Counted from the stretch's first letter, positions 1 through 13,470 are shown. The stretch: DNA of 64,000 nucleotides from Geosiphon pyriformis uo1 (GCA_016748015.1 JAAOMT010000071.1:124001-188000), one strand, 5' to 3'. Numbers and translations: made by a program. Notes: generated by a model from the letters alone, not told the origin.

Positions 1-2770
1 TAAACTCATTAACATAAAAACAGCCTAATAATCAGTATTAAAAAATTCCCCAACATCAAATACATCATGATCCACTACAGCATTAAACAAGTTTAAGAAA
101 ATAAACAAGAAGTTAATCGTTTTAGCCATACTTTGAGAGTTAGTTCATGTTGGTATTTTCACATAAAAACTACCACCCAAAGAATTAACCAAACCAAGAT
201 CTAGACATTTTTTGAAATTGGTACACTTATGGGAGCCATTCTCATTAAAGTTATCACCCAAAACAGTGAATAAGGACTCATTCACAGCTTTAGTAATCAT
301 AGCATTGATATTACCAGCTTGAAAAAATTAAACTATAGAAGAAGCATTAGCATAGAGTCCCAGAATCGAAACAGAAAGTTTATTTTTGAAGAGTAACTTG
401 AGAGAGAGGAGCCAACCAAGTATTTCGGAAACTTTACACACATGTTATGCCAAAGAATTGTTCATAATAATTGCAACACCAGAACCCAAATAACCAGAGT
501 CCACACCAGAAATGAAAACCTGGATATCATCAAACTTACTTATTATTTATGGGTAGATCTTATCTCTTAACTTAGTTTCAGTAACAACAAAAATCAAGTT
601 GTTTACTCTTTTATACCAACAAATTATATCAGCTTGTTTCACAAGATTGTTCATACCCTTAACATTACATGTGACAATTTTTCAAACCAAACCACTTATT
701 GAGAATTAGAAGGAGCTAATAAACCCAAGCCAAAACACAAACAATTTAATCTCACCAAAACCAAATTAACTGACACATTTAATGCCACCATTTTAGACTT
801 CAAATTACCCATCTTGGTGGTTAAAACCTTAGAACCATTAGAGCTGAAACCAGATACATCAACATTAACACCAGTGAGAAAGGAACAGAAGATACTAACA
901 CACCATCTATGACCATATCCGAATCCAAACCCAGATCCAAAGATGCAGAGACAACAGTAGAAGGAGTAAGAAATAAAGATGCCAAAAACACCAATTCAAT
1001 AAAGCTCAACTTTTTTAAGATACCAGAAACTTGGTCCAATAGAAGTTCCACAAAGCATTCCAAAAAAGCCAAACAGTCATGTAAGTCAGAATTACCAGAA
1101 AGAGCAAGGACTGCAGAAGAGGTCTCAGTACTAGAAAACAAACTAGTACCAGAAGAAAACAGAAAGACTACACATAAAGGAGAGCCACCAACAATTTGGG
1201 CCCAAGTTTTACCACCAAAAAAAACCAGGCAGACAATTGAGGCTTGCTTCTTCTTATATATATTGGCCAAAAAAATCTGATCTTGAACATTTACTACTTG
1301 CCTACTACAAACATCTGAATTCTTGCCCAAAGAACAATTACTTAAAGTGTGACCAAATTGTTTGCACAATATACAGCAGACCAAAGATAGACTAGCCTAA
1401 TGCAAATTTACACTTTTGAAAACTGGAACAGAGCCAATAGCAGCCAATTTAGATGCTTCATTATCAAAACAAATTACAGCACACCTATCATATACATATA
1501 AACTGAGATTACAGTCAATAAAACAAGTTTTTCCATCATATAAATTTAACAAACCTGACAAATCATAAGCAGTAGTGTCAACTAGAAGTGTATACAACAA
1601 AGCCTGATGCTAATCTTTAGATATCCATATTTGTTTATTACCAATAACTTTTGTCACACAAACAAAATATTTTCATAAAAACAGACTATTTAGTTACAAT
1701 CAAATCAGCTATCTTAGATGACTCAAACTCTACCAAAGTTTTTTGTTACAAACCAATCAATTGGATACAATCTTATCAAACTTAGAAAAAACTGACTCAA
1801 CAGTTAATTTGAAAAAATCAACTGAGATCTCTTTAATGATCACTTCCCAATCTGATTGGCTGTTTACTTTCCTAAAATTATTATTAACAAAAATTTTTTC
1901 TCTAATTGTCATTTCTCTAGCCTTTTTTAAACTCATTTCAGATGTAAATAATGATCTAATGATTCCTGAAAATTTTAAGAGAGTGGAAGCCCTCCCAAAA
2001 CCATCAATTTGATAGAAAATTTTTTTGATTGCAATTAATTTATTACTATTAGATTTTCTAGGTATTGCCAACAGCTTTACATCCAATATGAATGACTTAG
2101 CAAAATTAAAACTCTTAACTTCCCTATTACTCGATTCAGCTAATAGCAGCTTATGAAATCCAGAAAACTTAGGTGCTGAGAACACCAATTCAGTATTATT
2201 GTTACTTACAGCATTGAAAAAAGACATTTTTGGCAGCTGTTCCAGCACATAAGTTCTTGTTCATGTTTTTTTTAGAGTAGCATCATTCATTATGTCATCT
2301 GTCTTAAAAGTATTAGAGTCAACATAGCTCATTTTTTTAACAACTGTGTTTCTCATGTTCTCTATATTTGACACCTTACTAATACTGTTTTTTTTACTGT
2401 CCATTTCACTGCCTCAAAATTTAGTATGCTCAACACTGGTAACTTGCAACATGTTGGTAGACAAAAGTTCAACTAATGAATTCATCATAACATTAGAAGT
2501 CTCAAACTTTTTTGGCTTTTTGAATAAAAAACTGCAAGAATAGATACTTTCAACATGTGTCTTTTTTTTGCTACTAGACCAGGACCTCAACCCAGCCAAA
2601 ACTAAACCAGAATTATCAGCAGACAAGCTCAACTGTTCTATTATAACAAAAAGAAATGTGTTAAATGAAATAACTTAGGAAAACAAAGAGTAAAAAGAAA
2701 AAAAAGAAAAGTAATTTCTCCAAAATTCTTTTGGTCTTATCATGATTAAGGAATTGACAAAAGAAAGACT
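1..2770 (-). mobile_element. LINE (non-LTR retrotransposon) copy 0: 5' UTR, degenerate ORF1 and start of the APE endonuclease; runs off the window edge
   Basis: Reverse complement of 2730-2770 matches the 5' end of the LINE at 38621 (tcttttgtcaat..c..aaccatgat.agacc). ORF fragments 2414-2632, 1757-2248, 1397-1600 and 821-1384 are colinear with ORF1 of that copy and include the CCHC knuckle CILCKQFGHTLSNC. Region 1-700 encodes APE N-terminal motifs with stops. Confidence 0.9.
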
Positions 2771-4247
2771 AATATATAATTTTTGATTAAACTAAAACTT
2801 TAAAAATATTTTTTATATAAAAAATCCAATAAGTTAACTTATATACTTTAAATTATTATTTTATTATAATCATTATTATTTATTAAGCATTTTTTTAATT
2901 TTTAAAAAAAACTTACAAAATATTTTAGCATAAATTTCTGCATTTATTATTTTTTAAAAACAAAATAAATTAATTTTATTTTTTATTTAAAATTTATTCT
3001 GTGCAATAATTTTTGTATAACTTTTTAGAATATAATAAATTGGTTATAAATTTTTATATTAGCATTTTACTGTATTTTAAAAGAATTAAAAAGCTGTTTT
3101 ATTTATAAAAAAAATTTAATTCTAATTTATATATATATATTTTTGTTTTAATAATATAGTAAAGCTTTTTATTGACTTTATTTTTTAATAGTTAATATTT
3201 GCTAATATATTAAACAAAAACTTTAAAACATATTAACAATCTATAAAAGCAAAAAACTTTATAATTACATATAATTTATATTTAAAGATTAAAAATCTGA
3301 TTATTATTACAAAAATTATATTAATATAAAATTTTGTGCAAAATTAAGTATTTTATTTTGTTTTATACTATTTTAATATATAAAAATATTTTTGCTAAAT
3401 ATTTTAATTTAAATATAAATAAGTAATTAATTATATATAAAAATATATATTTTAAACTTATAATTTATTTATTTGTTTTTTATTATATATATAAATAAAA
3501 AATTATAAAATTACAAACAAATTATTCAAGTATTAAAACTATTAAAAAATTAAACAAAAAAGCATATAAAGTTTATAAAATTTTTTTTATTATCATTTTT
3601 TATTAAAAATTACATAAACTTTAATATTTATTATTATATTTTTATATTTAAATTTTGATAATTTTTAAGTATTTTAATAAAATTAACTTTTTTAATAATA
3701 AAAATTATAAAAAACTATAATTTTTTAATTTAAAAATTAAATTAAATTACTATATAAATTTAATTAAAAAAATAAGTTTGTTATTAATTTTTTTAGTTAC
3801 TTTTAGGTAATAATTTTTAAAATTAAACTCTTTAAATTATTAAATTAATATTTAAATATTAATTTACTGTTTTATTAATATTAACAATAAAAATTATTAA
3901 ATAAATTTTATTTTTAATATTTAAAGTAAATAAAACATTTTTTTAAAACTATATTTATTAATTTTTAATTGTTAATTTAAATAACAATATATAATAATTT
4001 AAAAAAATATTTAGACTATTTTTATTAATAAAATACTATATTTTTGCTTTTTAAAAAAACACTCTAAATTATTAAATAACTATTATAAATTATTAAAAAA
4101 ATTTTAGTCATACAATTTATTTAAAAATTATTGGCTTTTTACTAATTTAATAAAAAGCAAAACTTTTTTACTATTTAATTGTTTAAATAAACAGCTAATA
4201 AATAAATTAATAATAATTTTTGTTTATTTAAAAACTTTTAATTTTAA

Positions 4248-6535
4248 TTTTTTTTTTATTGAAGTTTAACGAATGAAGCCCAAAAGCTACTTAGAATAAT
4301 ACATCAAAGAATCAATCTAAACTAGGTGCTAATCATGCATTTTTTACATGTGACCAGCCACTTAGACCAGTTAAGGACACACTATACTGATGCTACAGAA
4401 GAAAACTTACCCAAAGATGACATCTTCTGCATGACAGAAAACAAAGTTGCATTGCAAGAAACCAAACCAACTAGCCACTTGGCAGTTTTAAAGGGATCAG
4501 TTTTAATATCAACAGACTCATGCTTCCAAAGAAACATTAAGTTAGAAAACACTTCATCACTCACAACAGACAGAAACTCTGAATTACCAGACATATCAAT
4601 GTCTTCCATGCAGTGTTCCTTTTTCAAAAAAATCACTTCTCTCCCCAACTTACCAACAGTCTTACTAAAAAAACTTATATACACCAAAACCTCATTGATC
4701 CTAAAACCAAGAGCACTATTTGAAACCAAATTACCATTAATAAACTGTTTAAAAATTGTAACCAAAGAGCCAATAGGCTTAATAATAGACTCAACCAAAA
4801 CAGAAAGCTTAGTCAAATCAGATTCCAAAGAAAACAGTCAGGATAGCACCAAAGAACAACTGAAAAAGAAACAAGAGGTAACAAAGATAGAAATCCAGAA
4901 GAGTCCAAAGGAGCAGAAGTCTTAGCATAAGACTTAGAACCAACAAAGCATGATGTAAACATTTTGGAAAACTTGAAAGAAGAAAATGGAGAAACCTTAT
5001 AGTCTGTAGCCAGATGGCCCAGTTTTTAACACTTAAAACAATGCCGACAACCAGAAGTTTTTCACCAAATATGGCATTTTTTCAATGTACCAGTTTTGAC
5101 AATAGCAGAGTCCAAATCAGCTTGGGAACCAAATATGATCAGAGCAAACTGAAAATGACAACCAGACTCAAGAAAACAAAGAATAAAACATGTTTGACCA
5201 CCAACTTGAGAAATTATATCATTAATTTTAAAAAGCTATACATTCAGAAAGAAGATTAACCAACTTGGTCTTAAACTTATCACAAGACAAAATAGTCTCA
5301 TTTTGATTCACCAGAGGGAAGATTCTAACACTATCTTTGTTCACCAAAACTAACCAATAATTCAAAGCAGACACAGTAGAGTCTAATTTTTTAAAATAAA
5401 CTACCACATACTGCCAAACACCAGCAGGCTTCAGCACAACACAAGTAACATTACTGAACATACTAAGAGCCATCTTAATATTAGCAGCAGACACACCCAA
5501 AAGCATATCACATAGTGCAACAGCAGCAGAAGAGGAACCAGACTCAGAAATTACCAAAGACTTGGCAATATTGAGAGTGACAAGGCAAATAGAGCTTGTA
5601 AGCTCAACCAAAAATACAGCTTTCAAAGACACTTAAGAAATAAACTCTATACAAAACAGCTTCACATTGTCTTTTAATACTGATTTTGCATCCAAGAAAC
5701 CATGTATTGACTGAAAAACAGCCTTAACATGAGCCAATTTGATCTTAAAAGTAGCACCAAGTACTAAAGTAGAGGCCACCCACCCAACAAATTTTTAACG
5801 ACTAATAATAGTTTCCCAAGCACCACCAAAAATAGCATCAGAAACTAGGGAAGGAGATGATTCAGTTTCTATTTGATCAGTCCAGTTCCCAAAAACAGGT
5901 GACCCAACAGGAGGAGATTATTTTGCTTCTAAAACTGGTAATGATCTACCAGAAGATATCACATTTGACAACACAGCCAGTGGTTGATCTAGGCCTATCT
6001 TGAACAATGTGCTGGATGATGTTATGGAGATTTCATTTAAAATTTAATTGAGAACCACAAAGGGGTTTGGTGTAACAATAGCAGAGACAAGTGACTGCTC
6101 CCACTTTTCTGAACTTTTGGTCTTTTTGACCATTTTTTTTAAAGAGAAGGTGCTAGCAGCACCAGATATAGAAGCTATGGAGGGAAAGACCAACTTGTTT
6201 ACTAGTCTATTATTAAAAACTTTTGGGCTCTTAGTTGAGGTGGAAGCAACACTGAAACTAATCCAAATATGTCTCTTTAAAAGAACTTTAATTGATGAGA
6301 AACTAGCCAAAGATAAGAAAGTTGCTTCAGTGGCTACCAAAGGTAGCTTATTACGATTACTGAGTAAAGAAAAGGCTTCTAAAACATTCTGCCTAGTTGC
6401 TTCTACAATAGAGAGAGCTCCTTTGGTTGAAATTTTATTAAATATCTCAGGACAAATATCAGGTGCAGCTTTTTTACTCTTTGCTCTGATTGTGGTCATA
6501 AAATTAAGAAGACTAAAAGTATTTTAATTTAAATT
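4248..6535 (-). mobile_element. ORF1-only non-autonomous non-LTR element (HAL1-like), copy A; pseudogenised ORF 6499->4382
   Basis: Poly(T) at 4248-4257, then a LINE-type 3' UTR (4258-4381). ORF pieces 6044-6499, 5228-5632 and 4382-4828 are colinear with copy B. No APE or RT sequence is present. The 5' boundary is approximate. Confidence 0.85.
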
Positions 6536-7589
6536 AGTCTTATTTTAATTAACAATAATAATTATTATTAATGTAAAAATTTTAGTCATATTTTATAATA
6601 TTATAACAATTTCAAAATTTTTTGCAAATTTTTAAATTAATACATATTTTTTTAAACTAATAAAACAAAACTATTAAAATAGTTTAAAATTAAACTTTTA
6701 TTTAATTTCAATTTTATTATGCATAATTTTTGGTTAATTAAAAACATATTTAAAATTCTTAATTTTTAAAATAAATACTAAACTAATAAATATTTTTTGT
6801 TAATATTATTAAAAATATATATATTTTTTCTAATATTAATAAAAAGTTTTTAATCTTTATTAATGTTTTTAAATGTTTTAATTATACAAATAAACTAATT
6901 TTATTTTTTAACATAATTTATTTTTAATTATATTTAATTATGTAGTAACTATTAATATTATATATGTTAATTATTTATTTTTAAAATTAATTATTAAATT
7001 AATTAACTTAATATTTGTTTTTAAGTTTTATTAATTAAATTATTTTTGTATTTTTATTGACAAATTTTATTGGTTTTTAAGTTAAAATTTTATAATACTA
7101 AATAAATTTTTATTATATATATATATATGTAATATTAGTTAATAAAAAATTATATATTAGAAATTAAATAATTAAAAATTAAAAAAACTGTTTTTATTTT
7201 TAAGTTAAAACTATTTTCAAATAATTATTTTTTGTTTAATACATATAAATTAAAAATATAATATTAATTTTACACAAAAAACTTGCTATTAATTTTTTAA
7301 ACTAATAATTCTTAATTATAATTATTAATAAAAAATTAATTTTTTATATTTTTTTTGTTTTATTTAAGAATTAAATTTATTAATAAAAATAATATTTAAT
7401 TTAATATTTTATAATTAGTTGTAATAAATTAATAAATAATAAAAAAACAATATTGTATAGCAATAAAAATAAATAAAAAGTAATTAAACTTTAATAAACA
7501 AATTAAATTAGTTATTATTTAATATTCAAGATTAGTTTTATAAATATTTTAATTGCTATTTTTTTCAAAAGATAACAAAAAAATTTAAA

Positions 7590-7880
7590 AATAATACACT
7601 AATATAATTTTATGTCTTATATTAGTATTTTAAAATTCAATATTAAGTATTAATTGTATTTTTTAATATATATTTATTCAATATACTTTACAAAAATTAA
7701 TAATTATATAAATTAAAAAAAAGAAAAAAATAGTCAAAAAAATAAAAAAATAAATATTATTGTATTAATCTTTGCTTTAAATAAATTTAAACTAAGTATA
7801 AATATTTTTTTATAACTTTAAAAATTTTATTTATATATTTTTAAAAAAAATCAATAATCAAATTAATAATTAAATTATTA
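7590..7880. repeat. Dispersed AT-rich repeat, copy 1 of 3 (also ~11020-11330 and ~27690-27860)
   Basis: Shared core aatataattttatgtcttatatt...aaaattcaatattaagtattaattgtatttttt...tatttattcaatatactttacaaaaa..aa.aattata in all three copies. Confidence 0.7.
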
Positions 7881-7894
7881 ATAAAACTAAATAG

Positions 7895-10191
7895 AAATAA
7901 TATAAAAAAAAACTCTTTGTCTCCTTAATTTTATGACCACGACCAAAGCAAAGAGTAAAAAAGCTGTACCTGATATCTGCCCTGAAATATCTAATAAAAT
8001 TTCAACTAGAGGAGCTCTCTCTGTTGTAGAAGCAACTAGGCAAAATGTTTTAAAAGTTTTCCCCTTACCCAGTAATTGTAATAAGCTGTCTTTGGTAGCC
8101 ACTAAAGCAACTTCCTTATCTTTGGCTAGTTTTTCACCAGTCAAAGTCCCTTTAAAGAGACACACCTAGGTTAGTTCCAGTATTGCCTCCACCCCAACCA
8201 AGAGCCCAAAAGTTTTTAATAATAGACCAGTAAATAAGCTGGTCTTCTCCTCTATAGATTTAACACCTGGTATTTTTAGCACCACCTCTTCAAAAAAAAT
8301 GGTCAAAAAGACCAGAAGTTCAGAAAAGTGAGGGCAGTTACTTGCCTCTGCTATTGTTATACCAAACCCCTTTGTGGTTCCCAATAAGATCTTAGATGAG
8401 ATCTCTATAGCATCATCTGGCACATTATCCAAGATGGGCCAAGATTAACCTCTGGCTGTGTTGCCAAATGTGGTGTCTTCCAGCAGATCATTGCTGGTTG
8501 TGGAAGCAAAACAATCTCCTCCTGTTGGGTTATCTGTTCTTGAGAACTGGGCTAATCAAATGGAAACTGATTCATCTCCTCCTTTAGTTTCTGGTGTTAC
8601 TTCTGATGGTGCTTGAGAAACTATTACTAATTGTCAAAAGTTTGCTGGATGGGTGGCCTCCACTCTGGTATCTGGTGCTACTTTTAAGATCAAATTGGCT
8701 TATGTTAAGACTGTTTTTCAGTCTGTGCATGGTTTTTTGGGTGCTAAATCTGTTTCAAAAGACAATGTAAAGCTTTTCTGTGTGGAGTTTGCTTCTCAAC
8801 AGTCTTTGGAAGCTGCGTTTCTGGTTGAGCTTACAAGCTCTGTTCATTTGGCCACTCTCAAAATTGCCAAGTCTTTGGTGGTTTCTGAATCTGGTTCCCC
8901 TTTTGCTGCTGTTGCACTGTGTGATGTATCTTTGGGTGTGTTTGCTGCTAACGTTAAGTTGGCTCTCAGTGTATTTGGTAGTGTTACTCGTGTTATGCTG
9001 AAGTCTGCTGGCATTTGGCAGTATGTGGTGGTTTATTTTGAAAAGTTAGACTCTGTTGTGTCTGCCTTGAAGCATTGGTCAGTTTTGATGGGCAAAGATA
9101 GTATTAGAATCCTCCCTCTGATGAATCAAAATGAGACTATTTTGTCTCGTGATAAGTTTAAGGCCAAATTAATCAACCTTCCCCCTGGCTGTACCACCTT
9201 TGAAATCAGTAATATGATTTCTCAGATTGGTGGTCAAACATGTTTTATCTCTCGTTCTCCTGATTCTGATCATTGTTTCCAGTTTGCTTTGGTTACATTT
9301 GACTCTTAAGGCAATTTGGATTCTGCTGTAGTCAAGATTGGTACTCTAAGGAAATACTGTATCTAGTGAGAAACTCCTGGCTGCCAGTACTGCTTTAGGT
9401 GTCAAGAATAGGCCATTTGGCTGTGGATTGCAAGATTTTTTCACCTCTTTCTCCCAAGATTCCCAAGGTTTTCAAGTATTGTTTTGTGAGTGGTGTTTCT
9501 TATGCAAAAGCTTCTGCTTCTCTGGATTCTTCTGAGTTTCCTCCCTTGGTGGCTTCTACTTCCTCTTTTATGGTTGTTGATGATTCCTTAGTGTCTTTCC
9601 AGTTGGCTTCTTTGGAATCTGATTTGGTCAAGCTTTCTACTTTGGTTGAGTCTATTGTTAAACCAGTTGGTTCCTTGGTCAAATTGTTTAAGCAATTTAT
9701 TAATGGGAATTTGGTCTCAAGCAGTAAACTTGGCCTTAAGGTCAATGAGGTTATAATGCATATGAGTTCTTTTAGTAAAATTGTTGGTAAGTTGGGAAGG
9801 GAAATGGTTTCTTTAAAAAAAAAATGCTGCATGAAGGATATCAATATGTCTGGTAATTCAGAGCATCCAGTTGGTTTGGATGATAAGGTGTTTTCTAACT
9901 TGTTGTTCCTTTGGGAACATGAGCCTATTGATGTTAAAGCTAATGCCTTAAAAACAGCTGAATGGCTGGTTGGATTGGTTCCTTGTAGTGCAACTCTATT
10001 TTTGGTTATTCAAAAGATGTCATTTTTGGGTAAGTTTTCTTTTTGTGCATCAACGTAGTATAGCCTGAACTGGCTCAAATAGCTGGTTACATGTAGAAAA
10101 CATGTGAACTACTTCTAATTTAAGACCCTATGTAGTCATATTGTATTAGATAGTGGTTGGGCCTTGCTCATTAAACTCTAATAAAAAAAAA
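7895..10191 (+). mobile_element. ORF1-only non-autonomous non-LTR element (HAL1-like), copy B; full length with a 15-bp TSD
   Basis: TSD AATAAAACTAAATAG at 7880-7894 and 10192-10206. ORF 7933-10058 (several stops and a frameshift) has RRM-like regions, a CCHC knuckle (CFRCQE.GHLAVDC, ~9390-9430) and a coiled-coil-like C-terminus. LINE-type 3' UTR at 10059-10180, then poly(A). Confidence 0.9.
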
Positions 10192-11019
10192 AATAAAACT
10201 AAATAGTAAAAAATTTAATTATAATATTATTTTTTCTAAAAAAAATTAAGCTTTAAAAAAATAATTTTTTTTTAAAAAACTTTGAGGTTTTTATCTTAAA
10301 GTTAATTAATTTTTTAAATTTTTAATTAATAAGATATAAAAAAGCTGTAACAATATTAATTTTAAATTTAAAAGACTATATTTTGGTTTTTTTACAATAA
10401 ATAAGTTTTTTTAAAATATTTAAACATATAATATTTAAAATTTTTTTTTAAAAGCTTTATATTTTTAATAATTTTACTAAGTTTTTTATAATAGTTAAGT
10501 TGTTTTTTATATGATAATTTTTTGTTTATAAGCAAAATTTTTTTTATTATTTTTTTTAAAAAAAAAATATTTTGGTAATTATATATTTAAATATATATTT
10601 TTTTAGTTTGTTGCTAAATTTATAATAGTTTTTTACAGATTAATAATAAAATATACTTTAATTTTATTTTAATTATTATTTGTTTTTTAATAATAAGCAA
10701 AACATATGAATAATTTTTTGTTTAATATTTATAAATTGTAAAAAAAACATTTACATATTTTAATCAAAAAAATATTTTTTATGTTAATTAAAAATACATA
10801 TGTTTTAAAATTAAAATTACTTTGTTTATAATTGTTTTGGTATTTTATTATTATAATTTGATTAATAAGTTAACAAATGACAAAAAAAAAACAGTATTAT
10901 ATGATAATAAAATAATCAAAAAAATAATTTAATTTTAATAAATGAATTGAATTAATAAAAATTTAATGTGCAAAATTAGTTTTATAAATATTTCAATTAT
11001 AATTTTTTTTAAAAAATAA

Positions 11020-11330
11020 CAAAATAAAGAAATAGTTTATACTATTAATAAAAAATAACATATTAATATAATTTTATGTTTTATATTAAAATTTAAAATT
11101 AAGTATTAGTTGTATTTTTTAGTAAATATTTATTCAATATATTTTGTAAAAACTAACAATTATATAAATCAAAAAAAAAATCAAATAGTAAAAAAAAAAG
11201 TTAATATTATTATATTAATTTAAGTATAATTTAAATATAAATTTTTTTTAATAGTTTTGAAAAATCTTACTTATATACTTTTAAAAAAGAATTAATAATT
11301 ATATTAATAATTCAATCAATAATTAAATCA
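11020..11330. repeat. Dispersed AT-rich repeat, copy 2, followed by a degenerate (aattaataat)-type simple repeat to ~11530
   Basis: Aligns by eye with 7590-7880 and 27690-27860. Confidence 0.65.
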
Positions 11331-11675
11331 ATAATTAAGTCAATAATTAAATTAATAATCAAATTAATTAAGTTATTAATCAGATTAATAATTATATTAA
11401 TAATTAATTTTAAAAATAAAATAATTAATTATTAATATTAATAACTAATATATATAATTAATTATAACTAAATAAATAAATAAAATAAAAGATTTAATTA
11501 TAATATTACTAATAAATATTATAAATATTATAAATTAAAACTTATTTCTTTCCTTCGTCCAAAATTCCCAAAAAAAAGTTAAAAGTTTTTTCGAAAGAAG
11601 TTTTTTACCATTTAGTATGATAAATCAAAACCATTTTTTGATTATGAGGCCACTGTTGGCTCTGTTATTGCTGTT

Positions 11676-13470
11676 ATGAAGAAGGCTACCAAAGTTTCTG
11701 GTTCTGAGGATGGTTTTAAGACAGTCGTGTCGAGGAAGAAGAGAAAGGGTGATGTATTGACAGAGAGTGTTAATAATAGAGAGGTTGCTGATAAAGCTCT
11801 TGGTAATTGTTCATGGGGTTCTGAGGCAGGTGACACTACTGAATCTGAGAGTATTGACATGGAGGAGGAGTGCTTGGTTGAGGAAACCAGTGTTGACTAT
11901 GGTGAGAATGGTGCTTTCGCAGGAGGGGATCCTGATCAAATGCCTAAGAGTTTGTGTGTAAAAACCAAGAAGATGTTAGAGAAGTCTTTGGGTGTGATTG
12001 ATTATGATACTGTCAATGCAGATGATGACATATTAGATGGTTCCTTCCTTCTCCCACCCCCTTTATCTATCAAACTGTCCATTCAAGTGTCTGTTTGCAA
12101 ATCCTTTGCTTTGGATATTGATCTCATGGCTGTTGCTGGGAAATCATCTCAGGAGAAATTAAACTTTGTCAAAAAAATTTTTTCAGGTGTGAATGGTTTT
12201 GAGGGGGCCTCTACTCCCTCAAAATTTGGTGGAATCATCCGGGCATCTTTCACTTCTGAAAAAGCGATGATAGCAGCTGCTCAATTGGCAAATGATCGTG
12301 GTGTTGTGGTAAACACCAATCTTAAGCGCCCCATCAACAATCATATGAATCGGGCAATTGTGTTAAAAGAAATTTCTGTGGGAACTTCCATTGAGGCAGT
12401 GCATGCAGCCATTTCTGAATTTTGGCTTATTAAGTCGATCAAAATGCAGTTGGTGGATCTATGGCAAAAGACAATTGTTGAATTGGAGAATCAAATTCTG
12501 GCTGATCTCTTGGCAGCTAAATGGTCTATCTTTATTGGAAAAGATGCAGTGCATGTGGCCCGGGCTGATGTTGACAAACAGACATGGGATGCCAGAGATC
12601 AGAGCTTTGCTTTATACTCTTCCTATGGGCACTATTGCTCATGATCTTTGGGACTTCATTGGTTCAGTTGGTGGGAAAACATGTGTTATTGAACGCAGCT
12701 CTATTAGTTATGTCTGGGCATACTGTGCTACTGTGTGCTTCGATTCTAAGGGTAGTCTTATTCAGACAATGGCAAACACTCTTGTTATAAAAGGTGTTGG
12801 TCTCCGATGGTCTCGTTTAACTGCTGCACTGTGCTCAATTTGCAGAAATTCCAGTCATACTTCTCTTGCTTGTCGTATTGCTGGTGTGTTCTCAAGTCCT
12901 AGAAGCAAGAGAGCTCCTCTTTCAGCTCAAGATCAGCTCTATCTGGCTAAAATATATGAAAAAAAATCTGCTCCTGTTTCCCGTCCTTTGGCTTTCGGTG
13001 GAAAAACTTGGGCCTTTGTGGTTGGTAAACCACTCTTATTAGTGTCATTTAGTGGTTCAGCTCAATCTGGTTTCGTATCTTATGGTAAACCTCTCCTGAC
13101 TGTTAGTGGTAAATTGGAAGACCATTTGAAGAATATTGAGAGCAGTCTTGTCAGCCTTGCGGGACAAATTGGTGAGTTGGCTAAGAGGTTGGACTCATTC
13201 GTGTTGACAGTTTCCCAGCCTAGCTCTGGATGTCAGCTGCCAGTGACCCCCCCATCACAGAATCAAGGAAAGGATATAGTGATGGGAGTGGGTTCGGGTG
13301 ATGTTACTAGTGACAAGACTGCTGCCATTCTTGGTTCAACTGCCTCACCTGAGGTTGTGAAATTAGAAAACATGTTGGAAAGTCTCTTTGCTTTGGTCAT
13401 GAGCCTATCAGTGCGCTTGGATGGTTTGGCTTTGGCTGGTGGTGCTTTTCCTCTATCTTATTCTCAATAA
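11676..13470 (+). pseudogene. LINE ORF1 (RRM-like nucleic-acid chaperone with CCHC knuckle and coiled coil), one frameshift near 12600
   Basis: ORFs 11676-12644 and 12391-13470 join at ARDQ/RALLYTLP. Knuckle CSICRNSSHTSLAC; heptads LKNIESSLVSLAGQIGELAKRL. Confidence 0.85.

Noticed and set aside
2771-4247. Very AT-rich spacers (also 6540-7590, 10207-11020, 33130-35827)
   Set aside because: Probably terminally decayed TEs, but no family could be assigned by eye.
6048-8432. Antisense ORFs open in both half-LINE 5' regions (6048-6527 +; 7887-8432 -), reminiscent of L1 ORF0
   Set aside because: In this frame antisense stops need sense Tyr or T|His/Gln codons, which are rare in the Ser/Thr/Pro/Lys-rich N-terminus, so the open frame is likely a by-product.
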